Source of the DNA: Planctomycetota bacterium
Lineage (GTDB): Bacteria > Planctomycetota > Planctomycetia > JALXBF01
Direction: 5' to 3'
DNA length: 52,563 nt
Assembly: GCA_026991575.1 (NCBI GenBank)
Contig: JALXBF010000115.1
Coordinates: 1 to 52,563 of the forward strand
Below, piece by piece: positions 9,071 through 18,151 of this stretch; position 1 is the stretch's first letter, and every line of letters starts with the position of its first letter. The notes beneath the pieces were generated by a model. It had not been told where the DNA came from and made no database searches. It saw nothing but the letters and a program-made list of their open reading frames with translations. The position numbers were made by a program, and so were the translations under genes.

Positions 9071-11503
9071 TCACTCAGCACGCGCGCCCGTGTCGTTCTG
9101 GCGAGCGGCACGGCGGAGCCGCTGGATCGTAGCACGAATGGCGGGCTTGAGCCGATCAGGCGCTCGCTCCAATGCCGATTCTAACGCACTGATGACATCC
9201 GGCGACGGCGGTATCTCCTCGATCTGAGTCAGCAGCGCAGCCGCCGTGACACGCTTGACCGGGTCCCGACGCCGTAGCAGCTTCAGCAGCACCGGACGGG
9301 CTTCTGGCGTCACCGTTCGGATGCGGCGGATCGCTCGCAAGGCATCCGACATGTCGTCGCGCGTGGTAAGCAGACGGGTCAGGATCGCGGGCATGGCCGC
9401 AGCAGCCTGCGGACCGAACTCCGCCAGCTCCTGGTACATCGCCCGGCGCACCGACCAACTCGCTTCTACTGGCAGTGCATCGGCCAGCACACGCACCGCC
9501 TCCGACCGCGGCAGGACGCGGGCTACGGCTCGGACCGCTGCCTGCCGCACAGCCTCCGACTCATCACGCAACGCTTCTTGGATCGCTGCCAGCAGCTTTC
9601 TGTCCCCCGAACCCCCTACGGAGAGTGTCTGTACCGCTTCAAGCGCTCGCACGCGTACGGACGCAGCCCGATCGCGCAAGAGCACCGCGACGGCCGACCG
9701 GGCGGTCTGCTCGTCTAGCGTACCGCCGTAGGCCCTTACAAGCTCGATCGCTGCAGCACGGATCGCTGGGTCAGGATGTTCGACGGCGGCCGCGACTGTC
9801 TTGCGTACCGCCCGCCGGTCCGGCCGCTCTGGCCGCACGGTCACCATGTACTGGACGGCCGCACGCACGATGTCGTCGCGTGGTGCGCTGGCCACCAGCG
9901 TGGCTGCTGCGTCGAACAAGGCGGGGGTGGTGAGCCGGCGGGCCACAAGCGCGTCGAGGACGGTCAGCTTGAACTCTTCGTCGGTTTCCGATGCCGTGTT
10001 ATCGGTCAACACCCGCCGGGCCACCTGGGCAGCCTGCGGGGCTTCGGCCCACAGGATCGCACCCCGGATGGCGGCCAGACGCACACGTGGATCCTCGGCG
10101 CTGAGCGCCTCGGCCGCGAGCCTGGCCGCCTCGGTCCTGCTGACCAGGCCGCGGTCCACCAGGGCCGCGATCGCCATCAGGCCGGCGGCACGCACCTGCG
10201 GTCGGGCATCGTGTGCCGCCCGCAGCACCGTGTCGCGCGCGGACCTGAGGTCGCCTTCCAATGTGGCCAGCGTCGTCAGAGCGGCAGCTCGAACCTCGGG
10301 GACCGAGCTCTGTGCGAGCCGGATGATGGGCGCGGTGGCTGCCGGCCCGAAGCGCGCAAGCAGCGACACCAGTGTGGCGGCGCGCGCACCAAGCTCGTCA
10401 ATCATGACGGTCACCGTCTCAACCGCAGGATGGCCGATGGCCGTAATCGCCTCGGCCAGAGCGCGACGTTCTTCCGGGGTCTCTGCTGTCAGGTAGCTGC
10501 GAGCGAGTTCTTCGGTTGCTGCCGCCGCGGCAGGTCCGAGCCGCTCGAGCAACGCAGCCAGTTCCTGCCGCCGTTGCGGGGGGCTCGTTGCTACCAGGGC
10601 ACCAGCGCGGGCAATCAGCTCCCGGGCATCCTCGCCGTAACTGAGGATCACATCCATGGCCGCAAAGCGAACCTCCTGTTCCTCAGCCTGTAGCGCAGCG
10701 ATCACCGCAGCCTGCCGTCCCGCAGTCAGCGTCGGACGGATCTCCGCCAGGCATCGCAGGGCCGCAGCCCGAACCTCCGGCGATTGGTCTGCTGAGGCGA
10801 GAGTGGTGATCCGCTCCAGGATGTCTTCATCCTGCGGCCGTAACCGGGCGAAGACGTTGAGCGCGGCGACCCGGGCCGCCGGCTTCTCGTGGTTCAGGTA
10901 AGGTTTGACGACCGCTATGGCCGGGCGACCGGCAGCCGCCAGGGCAAGCACCGCCTGATGCCGCACGACTTCGGCAGCATCGGCCAGCAGTCCGGCGAGT
11001 GCTCCGGCAGCTTCAGCGGCACACGGGGGGTTGAACGAAAACGCCAGCGCTGCGCCAGAACGCACCCGTTCGTCCCGATGTTCGAGCGCTGCGAGCAGCT
11101 TCGGTACAGCCGCTTTGCCGATGCGACCAAGGGCATAAGCGGACCGGTACCAGCGCTGGCGGCCCCCGCGGGCCAGGTGCCGAATCAGCGCGTCTGTGGC
11201 CGGGGCAGCGGCCGGCCCGATGTTGGCCAGCGCATCGACCGCGTAAAACCAGACCTGGGGATCGCGGTCCTCAAGCGCTTGGACCAGCGCGTCCACGGCG
11301 TCGGCCGCCTTGGGGCCGAGCTTACTCAGTCGATACGCGGCCTCGCGACGCTGGTCGCGGGTGCCTTCCAGCAGGTCGCGTGTTAGCTGGTCGATGGAGG
11401 GTGAGGCCTCTTGCTGCGCCGCACGGGCAGCTGCCCAATCCAGCACAGCAGAAGGCGCGAAGAGAACGACCAACGGCAGCAACAGGCAGACAGAACAGCG
11501 CAC
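9071..11503 (-). CDS. Secreted HEAT/PBS-lyase repeat protein
   Basis: Signal peptide plus many repeats of the type D..VR..A..AL..IG..A..A; Ala-rich all-helical composition. Confidence 0.85.
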   Translation of the reverse strand: MRCSVCLLLPLVVLFAPSAVLDWAAARAAQQEASPSIDQLTRDLLEGTRDQRREAAYRLSKLGPKAADAVDALVQALEDRDPQVWFYAVDALANIGPAAAPATDALIRHLARGGRQRWYRSAYALGRIGKAAVPKLLAALEHRDERVRSGAALAFSFNPPCAAEAAGALAGLLADAAEVVRHQAVLALAAAGRPAIAVVKPYLNHEKPAARVAALNVFARLRPQDEDILERITTLASADQSPEVRAAALRCLAEIRPTLTAGRQAAVIAALQAEEQEVRFAAMDVILSYGEDARELIARAGALVATSPPQRRQELAALLERLGPAAAAATEELARSYLTAETPEERRALAEAITAIGHPAVETVTVMIDELGARAATLVSLLARFGPAATAPIIRLAQSSVPEVRAAALTTLATLEGDLRSARDTVLRAAHDARPQVRAAGLMAIAALVDRGLVSRTEAARLAAEALSAEDPRVRLAAIRGAILWAEAPQAAQVARRVLTDNTASETDEEFKLTVLDALVARRLTTPALFDAAATLVASAPRDDIVRAAVQYMVTVRPERPDRRAVRKTVAAAVEHPDPAIRAAAIELVRAYGGTLDEQTARSAVAVLLRDRAASVRVRALEAVQTLSVGGSGDRKLLAAIQEALRDESEAVRQAAVRAVARVLPRSEAVRVLADALPVEASWSVRRAMYQELAEFGPQAAAAMPAILTRLLTTRDDMSDALRAIRRIRTVTPEARPVLLKLLRRRDPVKRVTAAALLTQIEEIPPSPDVISALESALERAPDRLKPAIRATIQRLRRAARQNDTGARAE

Positions 11504-11554
11504 GGTGTTGCCTCTTGAGTTCGCGGGCCTCTGTGCAGTGGTGGGAGAAGCTTC

Positions 11555-12949
11555 CTAGCCGAGGTCAGTGAGTTCGCCCGTGCTGTCGCCAAAGCGTTCC
11601 ACGGGAACTCCGGCCCGTCGCAGCATGGCCACGAACAAATTGCACATCGGAGTTTCCCACTGCACCTTCACGTGGCGACCAGTGCGGACGGTTCCCCCGC
11701 CTCGGCCGGCAAACACGACGGGCAGGTCTTCGTTGTTGTGCCGATTCCCGTCACTGATGCCCGACCCATAGACGATCATGCAGTTGTCTAGCAAGGTCGA
11801 GTCACCCTCACGGATTGCTTTCAGCCGGCGCAGGAAGCGGGCAAACATGGCTACGTGGAACCGGTTGATCTCGGCGATCTTGCGGAGCTTCTCAGGGTTG
11901 CCGCCGTGGTGGGACAGATCGTGATGGCCGTCGGGCACGTTGATGAAACGATAGCTCCGGTTGCTCCCCGCGTTCGCGAACATGATCGTGCCGATCCGGG
12001 TCAGATCGGCCTGGAATGCCAGTACAAGCATGTCGGTCATCAGACGGATGTGTTCTGCGTACTCGCGCGGGATGCCCTTCGGCCGCGGATAGCTGAACGG
12101 CTGGTCGTCGTCGGACGGCTCATAGGCCTGGGCTGCGGCCATCTCGAGTCGTCGCTCGATCTCACGGATGCTCGTAAGGTACTCATCCAGTTTCCGTTGG
12201 TCGCCGGCGCCGAGTTGCCGCTTCAGACGGCGGGCGTCTTCGAGGGCGAAGTCCAGGATGCTGCGGCGGTATCGCTCGCGCAATGCCCTTTGCGTTGCGA
12301 CCTCGGTGCCGGTGCCATGGCTGAATAGACGCTCAAAGACCAGCGCTGGATTGATCTCTTTGGTGGCCGGAGTGTACGGGTCGCGCCAGGAGATGTTCGA
12401 CGAGTAGGCGCAGCTGTATCCGGAGTCGCAACTGCCAGCATTGGCACTGGGGTCGCAGCCTAGTTCCAGCGACGGAAACAGCGTCTCCTTGCCAATGTAC
12501 CGGGCCGCGTACTGGTCAACCGAGATCCCGACGCGGATGTTGGCGCCGTTGGTCTTGACGGGCTGGCAGCCGGTCAGAAACACCGACGCACTGCGGGCGT
12601 GATCTCCCGGACCGTCGCCGTTGGCTCGGCCCTTGTCATGCGTGAGACCGGAGAGAATCAGGATCTCGTTGCGGACGTCACGTAGCGGTTCAAGGATGTA
12701 GGGCAAGTCGAAGAAATAGCCGGTACGTTTCGGCGTCCAGTGGGCGAGGTTTACCCCATTGGGAACGAAAATGAACGCCATCCGGACGGGGGGCTTGCCC
12801 GTGGACCCGCCCGCTGCTGCTGCGGCGGCGGCGCGGGCAACGGCGGGGAACATGGCGTCGAGCACAGGCAATGCGATAGCAGTGCCCAGACCGCGCAGCA
12901 CGGTTCGCCGAGACAGGGAGACGTTCTTGAGGGCAATCTTCGGGGCCAT
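11555..12949 (-). CDS. DUF1552 family protein (Tat-exported)
   Basis: SRRTVLRG Tat-like motif, IALPVLDAM, FVPNG, ISVDQ, SLELG, CDSGYSCAYSSNISW, HHDLSHH, DGNRH. GGAGGAG RBS before ATG 12949. Confidence 0.92.
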   Translation of the reverse strand: MAPKIALKNVSLSRRTVLRGLGTAIALPVLDAMFPAVARAAAAAAAGGSTGKPPVRMAFIFVPNGVNLAHWTPKRTGYFFDLPYILEPLRDVRNEILILSGLTHDKGRANGDGPGDHARSASVFLTGCQPVKTNGANIRVGISVDQYAARYIGKETLFPSLELGCDPSANAGSCDSGYSCAYSSNISWRDPYTPATKEINPALVFERLFSHGTGTEVATQRALRERYRRSILDFALEDARRLKRQLGAGDQRKLDEYLTSIREIERRLEMAAAQAYEPSDDDQPFSYPRPKGIPREYAEHIRLMTDMLVLAFQADLTRIGTIMFANAGSNRSYRFINVPDGHHDLSHHGGNPEKLRKIAEINRFHVAMFARFLRRLKAIREGDSTLLDNCMIVYGSGISDGNRHNNEDLPVVFAGRGGGTVRTGRHVKVQWETPMCNLFVAMLRRAGVPVERFGDSTGELTDLG

Positions 12950-13751
12950 AGGTCTCCTCCAGGCTTGCTCCACGCTGCCTGGCCCTGGCACACCTTGCCG
13001 ATGCCGGTGGGGTGCACACCAGTCGCAGCGCCGTTTCTCACGCGGAGGCGGGCGGGGATCCAGAAGCATGCACTCCCATTATCGTCCGGCCCGCCTGGTC
13101 AATCAACATAGGATCATGCGTCCGATGCGACCCAGCCGCATGCACCCACCGGCCCCGATCGGCAGAATTGCTGAGGGGATCGATCGTACGTCCGGTCGTC
13201 CCGATCGGCCACGTGCGTAATCGCAGATGAGCGCGGCAACGGGCGGCCCGCTACGTGTTCCTCCCCGAACGCTGACCCCAGCCGTTTGCCGGATATGCTA
13301 GCGCTAACGCCTAGCGCGAACGCCGCAGCGGAACTAGGTTCCGATGCCCTGCAGATCCGCTGCCCGCACCGTCTGCGGTTCCAATCAGCACTTGCGCACA
13401 ACCTTCTGCGGCTGGTTTCTCGACAGGCAGGCAAGGGGCCGGCAGGGGCCAGACCAAGGCTGGGCTGGGCCCGGCCGAGTCGGCATCTATCCGGGCGGCC
13501 ATCCTGTCCCGGCGTTCCGGGGAAGGAAGAGACTGCTGCCTGGCCCACCGAGCGGACAGGGCTTTGCACCGAACCACGGTCGGTGTTCTGCTCGGCACCC
13601 GAGCAGCCCGCATGCGCTCGACGGGGGTGTCGCTTGCCCAGGGCCTTCCAGGTACAGTGCAAGCCCGATCGGTAGCTGTGCGCACTTAGGCCGGCGACTG
13701 GCTATGATTTAGTGGGGCGGACGTGTGGTTGCCACGTGACGAGGTCTGTGC

Positions 13752-15209
13752 ATGGCAGCAACGGCGCAGCCGGTAAGCGATAGCGATCAGCTCACCGAGA
13801 CCGTTTCCGTTCTGATCGTTGACGACGACGCTGCGTTTCGCAGCCTTGTGGCTCGTCGGCTGGCGCGGCGCGGTTACGCGGTGCAGGATGCGCCGGACGC
13901 TGAGACTGCCCTGGCGATGGCCCGGGAGCGACATTTCGACGTTGCAATTCTGGACATCGCTCTGCCCGGCATGGACGGAGTGCAGCTGCTGGAGCAGCTC
14001 CGTATCGTGGACCCCGATACACAAGCCATCATGCTGACAGGGCATGCCACGGTGGAGACGGCCATCCGGGCGATGAAGCTGGGGGCGTACGACTACCTGA
14101 CCAAGCCGTGCGAACTTGCGGAGCTGGAGCTGCACGTGCAGCGGGCGTACGAGAGGCTGCGGCTGGCGCGCGAGAACGACGCCTTGCGCACAGCGCTGCG
14201 ACGCAGCGAGCACAGCCTGGAGATCGTCGGGGACAGCCCGGCGATCCGGCAGGTGCTGCATATGATCTCGCGCGTGGCGCCCACGGACAGCCCGGTGCTG
14301 ATTCTGGGCGAAAGTGGCACCGGCAAGGAGCTGGTGGCGCGGGCCATCCACCGAGCGAGCAAACGTGCCCACCGCCCGATGGTGGTCATCAACTGCGCCG
14401 CATTGCAGGAAACGCTGCTCGAAAGCGAGCTGTTCGGGCATGAGCGCGGCGCGTTCACCTCGGCCGTGACCAGCAAGCCGGGCCTTTTTGAGCTGGCCAA
14501 CGGCGGCACGCTATTCATTGACGAGGTCGGCGAGATGGCTGCCAGCGTGCAGGCGAAGCTGCTGAGGGTGCTGGAGGACGGGTCCTTCCGACGCGTGGGG
14601 TCGGTAAAGGAAATCCGGGTCAACGTCCGCATCATTGCGGCGACCAACAAGGACCTGGCGGCCGAGGTGGCCGAGAAGCGGTTCCGTGATGACCTGTACT
14701 TCCGGCTCAACGTGATCACGATCCACGTGCCACCGTTGCGTGAGAGGCGTAGCGACATCCCGCTGCTTGTCCGCCACTTTCTGCAACGTGACCCGCGCGG
14801 CCCTCGGCACATCGAGCCCGAGGCCATGCAGAGGCTGATTGAGTACGACTGGCCGGGCAACGTGCGGGAACTGGCAAACGTGATCGAGCGGGCAAAGATC
14901 CTGTGTGACGGGGAGGTGATCACAGTTCAGGACCTGCCCCCGGACATCATCCACCGCCGCTCGCTGCTGCCCGGTGCCAATCGCCCTGTAGTCGTGCCGG
15001 GAGCTAGTTCGGCGATTCCGACGCCGTCTTCTGCAGTGCAGCCCGGCAACGGCGCTTCGACGCTGGCAGAGATCGAAAAGGCGCACATTGTCAGCGCCCT
15101 GGAACGGCACGGCTGGAACAAAGCTCAGGCCGCGCGCGCCTTGGGCATCAGCCGCCGCCGGCTCTATCGACTGATCGAAAAGTACGGTATCACACGCCGC
15201 CCGTCATAG
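13752..15209 (+). CDS. Sigma-54-dependent response regulator (NtrC/AtoC family: REC-AAA+-Fis HTH)
   Basis: VDDD..ILD receiver, GESGTGKE Walker A, ESELFGHERGAFTSA, FIDE, DLYFRL, WPGNVREL, NKAQAARALGISRRRLY. Confidence 0.95.
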   Translation: MAATAQPVSDSDQLTETVSVLIVDDDAAFRSLVARRLARRGYAVQDAPDAETALAMARERHFDVAILDIALPGMDGVQLLEQLRIVDPDTQAIMLTGHATVETAIRAMKLGAYDYLTKPCELAELELHVQRAYERLRLARENDALRTALRRSEHSLEIVGDSPAIRQVLHMISRVAPTDSPVLILGESGTGKELVARAIHRASKRAHRPMVVINCAALQETLLESELFGHERGAFTSAVTSKPGLFELANGGTLFIDEVGEMAASVQAKLLRVLEDGSFRRVGSVKEIRVNVRIIAATNKDLAAEVAEKRFRDDLYFRLNVITIHVPPLRERRSDIPLLVRHFLQRDPRGPRHIEPEAMQRLIEYDWPGNVRELANVIERAKILCDGEVITVQDLPPDIIHRRSLLPGANRPVVVPGASSAIPTPSSAVQPGNGASTLAEIEKAHIVSALERHGWNKAQAARALGISRRRLYRLIEKYGITRRPS

Positions 15210-15575
15210 GCTGCCGGTCCGCCCAGGCGAACTCCGCGTTGGGGGGAAGTCTCAGGTTTTTTGCGGACCCGCTCTTGGGACGGGTCGTTGCGAAGCAGTG
15301 CCGGAAACGGCCTTGGGAGTAGCCCCGGGCGCGTGTGGCCGTGCGGATTCCGCTTCCCAGCCCTGTCGGATGACCGACCGAGGAAAAGCCTCGCGCTCGC
15401 CCGTGTGCGCAAGCGATAGCACGAAACCACCTTCTGGCTGCCCGTAAACCTGACGGTCACGCTCGCCGCGCCAGCGGGACACAGCCGGGCCCTGCTTTTG
15501 CTGCTATCGCCCTCTCCGCATCGGAAGGCCAGATTGCTCCCTGCGGTGACTATCCCCGGCGAGCACCCCCGTGCC

Positions 15576-15619
15576 AAAAGAAAAACGCCCGCTGGCCGGC
15601 AACCATTGCCGGCCAGCGG
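15576..15619 (-). terminator. Intrinsic terminator downstream of tmRNA
   Basis: 14-bp stem CCGCTGGCCGGCAA/TTGCCGGCCAGCGG with a 3-nt loop (15589-15619), followed after a short spacer by TTTTTCTTTT on the minus strand. Confidence 0.85.
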
Positions 15620-15632
15620 ACGCGGTCGTCAG

Positions 15633-15992
15633 TGGAGGCGGCGGGAATCGAACCCGCGTCCCGCGACAGCTCGGTGAGGGCTTCTACGTGCGTAGCCGGT
15701 CTAGTTCGTCTCGCCCAGCCGGCTCTGACCGGCAAGAGCACAGCTGAGCCAGTCCGGAGTGGTTTCTCGTCGGAGCCTCCCCGGACACCGGCTCCGACCA
15801 GCCCGGTTCACGGCCTCTTGCAGGTTCCCCCGGGCGAAGGATCCTGCAGAGGGGCTACGTGTTTCGCTTACGCAGCCAGAGCATAAGAAGGAGTCGCACT
15901 TATTGTGCAGTCGGCTTGATAACGGGGCCTGCCGACCAACCCCGGCACGCCACCTCTCACCTCGTCTGCCCGGTCGATACCAATTCGCCCCC
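15633..15992 (-). ncRNA. ssrA: tmRNA (one-piece), tag reading frame (A)ATPSYALAA*
   Basis: 5' GGGGGCG..TATCGAC, 3' T-arm GCGGGTTCGATTCCCGC and acceptor CGCCTCCA with a G.U pair. Internal ATAAGT-GCG resume context; tag at 15897-15868. Adjacent to smpB. Confidence 0.95.
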
Positions 15993-16222
15993 GAGCAATC
16001 CGGTGAGGTTGGCTTCCACTGTATTCTATCGTCTTGACTCCCGAAATCTGACAGAAGTTCCCGAGCTGGATCGCATCGCGAGGACTTTACCGACATCGCC
16101 AGCGGCGGTAGTCCCCGGTGCGTTTGCCGCCTGAGCTGCCGCAAGCCAGCTCGGGTGGGCAGGCAGCGGCGGCATGCTGGCTGAAAGCGGCGTGGCCGAT
16201 GCCTGATTGGCAGCAGCGCAGC

Positions 16223-16693
16223 CTATCTTCGCTTCAGCATCCGCTGGCGGATCGCCTTCTTGGCCTCGCGTTCCCTGATCTTCTCCCGTTTGTCGTACTG
16301 GCGTCGTCCGCGTGCCACGGCGAGCTCCACCTTGGCCAGGTGTCGTTTGAAGTAGATCCGCAGCGGGATCAACGTGTAGCCCTTTTGCTGGACGCGGCTG
16401 GCCAGCTTCTCGATCTCGCGCCGATGCAGCAGGAGTTTCCTGGGGCGCTTCGGCTCGTGGTTCATGGCGCCGGCTTCCGGATAGATCGGAATGTCGGCGT
16501 TGACCAGCCACACTTCGCCGTTCTTGATGCGCGCAAACGCTTCTTCTATGGAGGCCTTACCACGACGCAAGCTCTTGACCTCCGTGCCCATCAGCGCCAT
16601 GCCAGCCTCGATCGTTTCCAGGATGTCGTAGTCGTGTTTGGCCTTACGGTTCCGGCAGACGATTTGTACGGCCTTGGTGTTTTGGGCGGCCAT
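16223..16693 (-). CDS. smpB: SsrA-binding protein SmpB
   Basis: NRKAKHDY, EAGMALMGTEVKSLR, RKLLLHRREI, YDKRE. Confidence 0.97.
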   Translation of the reverse strand: MAAQNTKAVQIVCRNRKAKHDYDILETIEAGMALMGTEVKSLRRGKASIEEAFARIKNGEVWLVNADIPIYPEAGAMNHEPKRPRKLLLHRREIEKLASRVQQKGYTLIPLRIYFKRHLAKVELAVARGRRQYDKREKIREREAKKAIRQRMLKRR

Positions 16694-16732
16694 GCTCTGG
16701 CATCCGTGGCAGGCTCGCGCGGTTTCTGCAGG

Positions 16733-17746
16733 CTAGAGCGCTCTGCCGATTGCATCGGCCACTCGGGCACACTCCAGCATCATACGTTCGAAGGCTTCCA
16801 AGTTTAGTGACTGATAGCCATCGCTCCAGGCCTCGTCCGGTCTGGGATGGACCTCGACCAGGAGTCCGTCGGCGCCGGCAGCCACGGCGGCTCGGGCCAT
16901 GGCCGGCACCAGCGACGCCTTGCCCGTGCCGTGGCTCGGGTCGACGATGATCGGCAGGTGAGTCCGCTCTTGGAGGTAGGGGACGGTCGCCAGTGGCAGC
17001 GTGAAGCGGGTGTGCGTTTCGAACGTGCGGATGCCGCGTTCGCAAAGGATCACCTGGCGGTTGCCGCGGTCCAGGATGTATTCGGCAGCGAGCAGGAACT
17101 CGTCGACCGTTGCGCCGTGGCCGCGTTTCAGAAGCACCGGTTTGTCCAGCTCGCCAACGGCCTGTAGCAGCAGGTAGTTTTGCATGTTGCGGGCGCCGAT
17201 CTGGAGGACGTCGGCGTATTCGGCGACGAGCGGAACCTGTTCTGGCGCGAGTACTTCGGTCACCACAGCCAGTCCGGTTTCTTCGCGTGCCCGGGCCAGC
17301 AGCTCAAGGCCTTGTTTGCCGAGGCCCTGGAAGCTGTACGGGCTGGTACGCGGCTTGAACGCGCCGCCGCGCAAGGCAGTAGCCCCGGCTGCTTTGACCG
17401 CCCGGGCCGTGGCGAGGATCTGTTCTTCGGTTTCGACAGAGCAGGGGCCTGCGATGACAGCGACGCGGCTGCCGCCGACCTCAAGGGATCCGGTGCGAAC
17501 GATCGTCTTCTCGGGGCGGACTTCACGCGAGGCGATCTTGTACGGGGCAAGGATCGGCACGACCTGCTCAACACCGTCCATCGTCTCCAGCGCTTCGCGC
17601 GCACCGTCGCGCTTCTCACCAATCGCCGCCACGACGGTCCGCTCGGTACCGACGATCACGTGCCCTTTCATGCCCATTGCTTCAATCCTCCGGACCACCG
17701 CGTCGATCAAAGGTTGCGGGACCTTGGGTTTCATGACGACAACCAT
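16733..17746 (-). CDS. aroF: DAHP synthase (type I-beta, N-terminal ACT-like regulatory domain)
   Basis: [52 protein letters not shown] 17746 with GGAGG RBS. Confidence 0.95.
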   Translation of the reverse strand: MVVVMKPKVPQPLIDAVVRRIEAMGMKGHVIVGTERTVVAAIGEKRDGAREALETMDGVEQVVPILAPYKIASREVRPEKTIVRTGSLEVGGSRVAVIAGPCSVETEEQILATARAVKAAGATALRGGAFKPRTSPYSFQGLGKQGLELLARAREETGLAVVTEVLAPEQVPLVAEYADVLQIGARNMQNYLLLQAVGELDKPVLLKRGHGATVDEFLLAAEYILDRGNRQVILCERGIRTFETHTRFTLPLATVPYLQERTHLPIIVDPSHGTGKASLVPAMARAAVAAGADGLLVEVHPRPDEAWSDGYQSLNLEAFERMMLECARVADAIGRAL

Positions 17747-17777
17747 CGCGTTAGCCTCCCTCGTGTTTCGAAAACGC

Positions 17778-17817
17778 AAAAGAAAAAGCCCTGAGGCTTC
17801 TCTGGGCCTCAGGGCTT
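17778..17817 (-). terminator. Attenuator terminator in the aroF leader
   Basis: 12-bp perfect stem AAGCCCTGAGGC/GCCTCAGGGCTT followed by a U-rich tract, about 30 nt upstream of the aroF start. Confidence 0.88.
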
Positions 17818-17848
17818 GGATTGCTCGACTGTTCGGTCAGGCGGTGGT

Positions 17849-17941
17849 TCAGTCGACCGAAGAGCCGGCGCTGCCCTGCGACCCAGCAGGGCTAAAGTAG
17901 AACCACCACCAGCTAAATCGCCGGTCTTCGTGGCTGCGCAT
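17849..17941 (-). CDS. Aromatic amino acid attenuator leader peptide MRSHEDRRFSWWWFYFSPAGSQGSAGSSVD
   Basis: Manual translation: F-S-W-W-W-F-Y-F run directly upstream of the terminator and aroF. An in-frame alternative ATG lies at 17974. Confidence 0.82.
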   Translation of the reverse strand: MRSHEDRRFSWWWFYFSPAGSQGSAGSSVD

Positions 17942-18151
17942 CCGGCTCACTCGGCTTCGGTTAACCACCACCATGCACGCAGGGGACAGGCCACCAGAGC
18001 CTGTTCACGAACAAGAATACCCACCCCTGCCCCCGATGTCAACCCGAACCGCGCAGGCGCGCGGGTTTCCGTGTCGAACGTCGATGGCGGCATCCCTGTG
18101 CACAGCGACATAGCCGACGGATGGTGCGATCCACAGACCCGCCGCCGCACT

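Noticed and set aside
12984..12998. Sigma-54 promoter-like TGGCACACCTTGC (also TGGCACGGGGGTGC on the minus strand at about 15563-15576)
   Set aside because: GG-to-GC spacing is 8 and 9 nt rather than the required 10, and position or orientation does not fit a target gene.
15633..15660. Integrative element inserted at the tmRNA or tRNA-Asn 3' end
   Set aside because: No integrase and no duplicated 3' end (att site) were seen; module copy 1 lies upstream of aroF, not at the ssrA 3' end.
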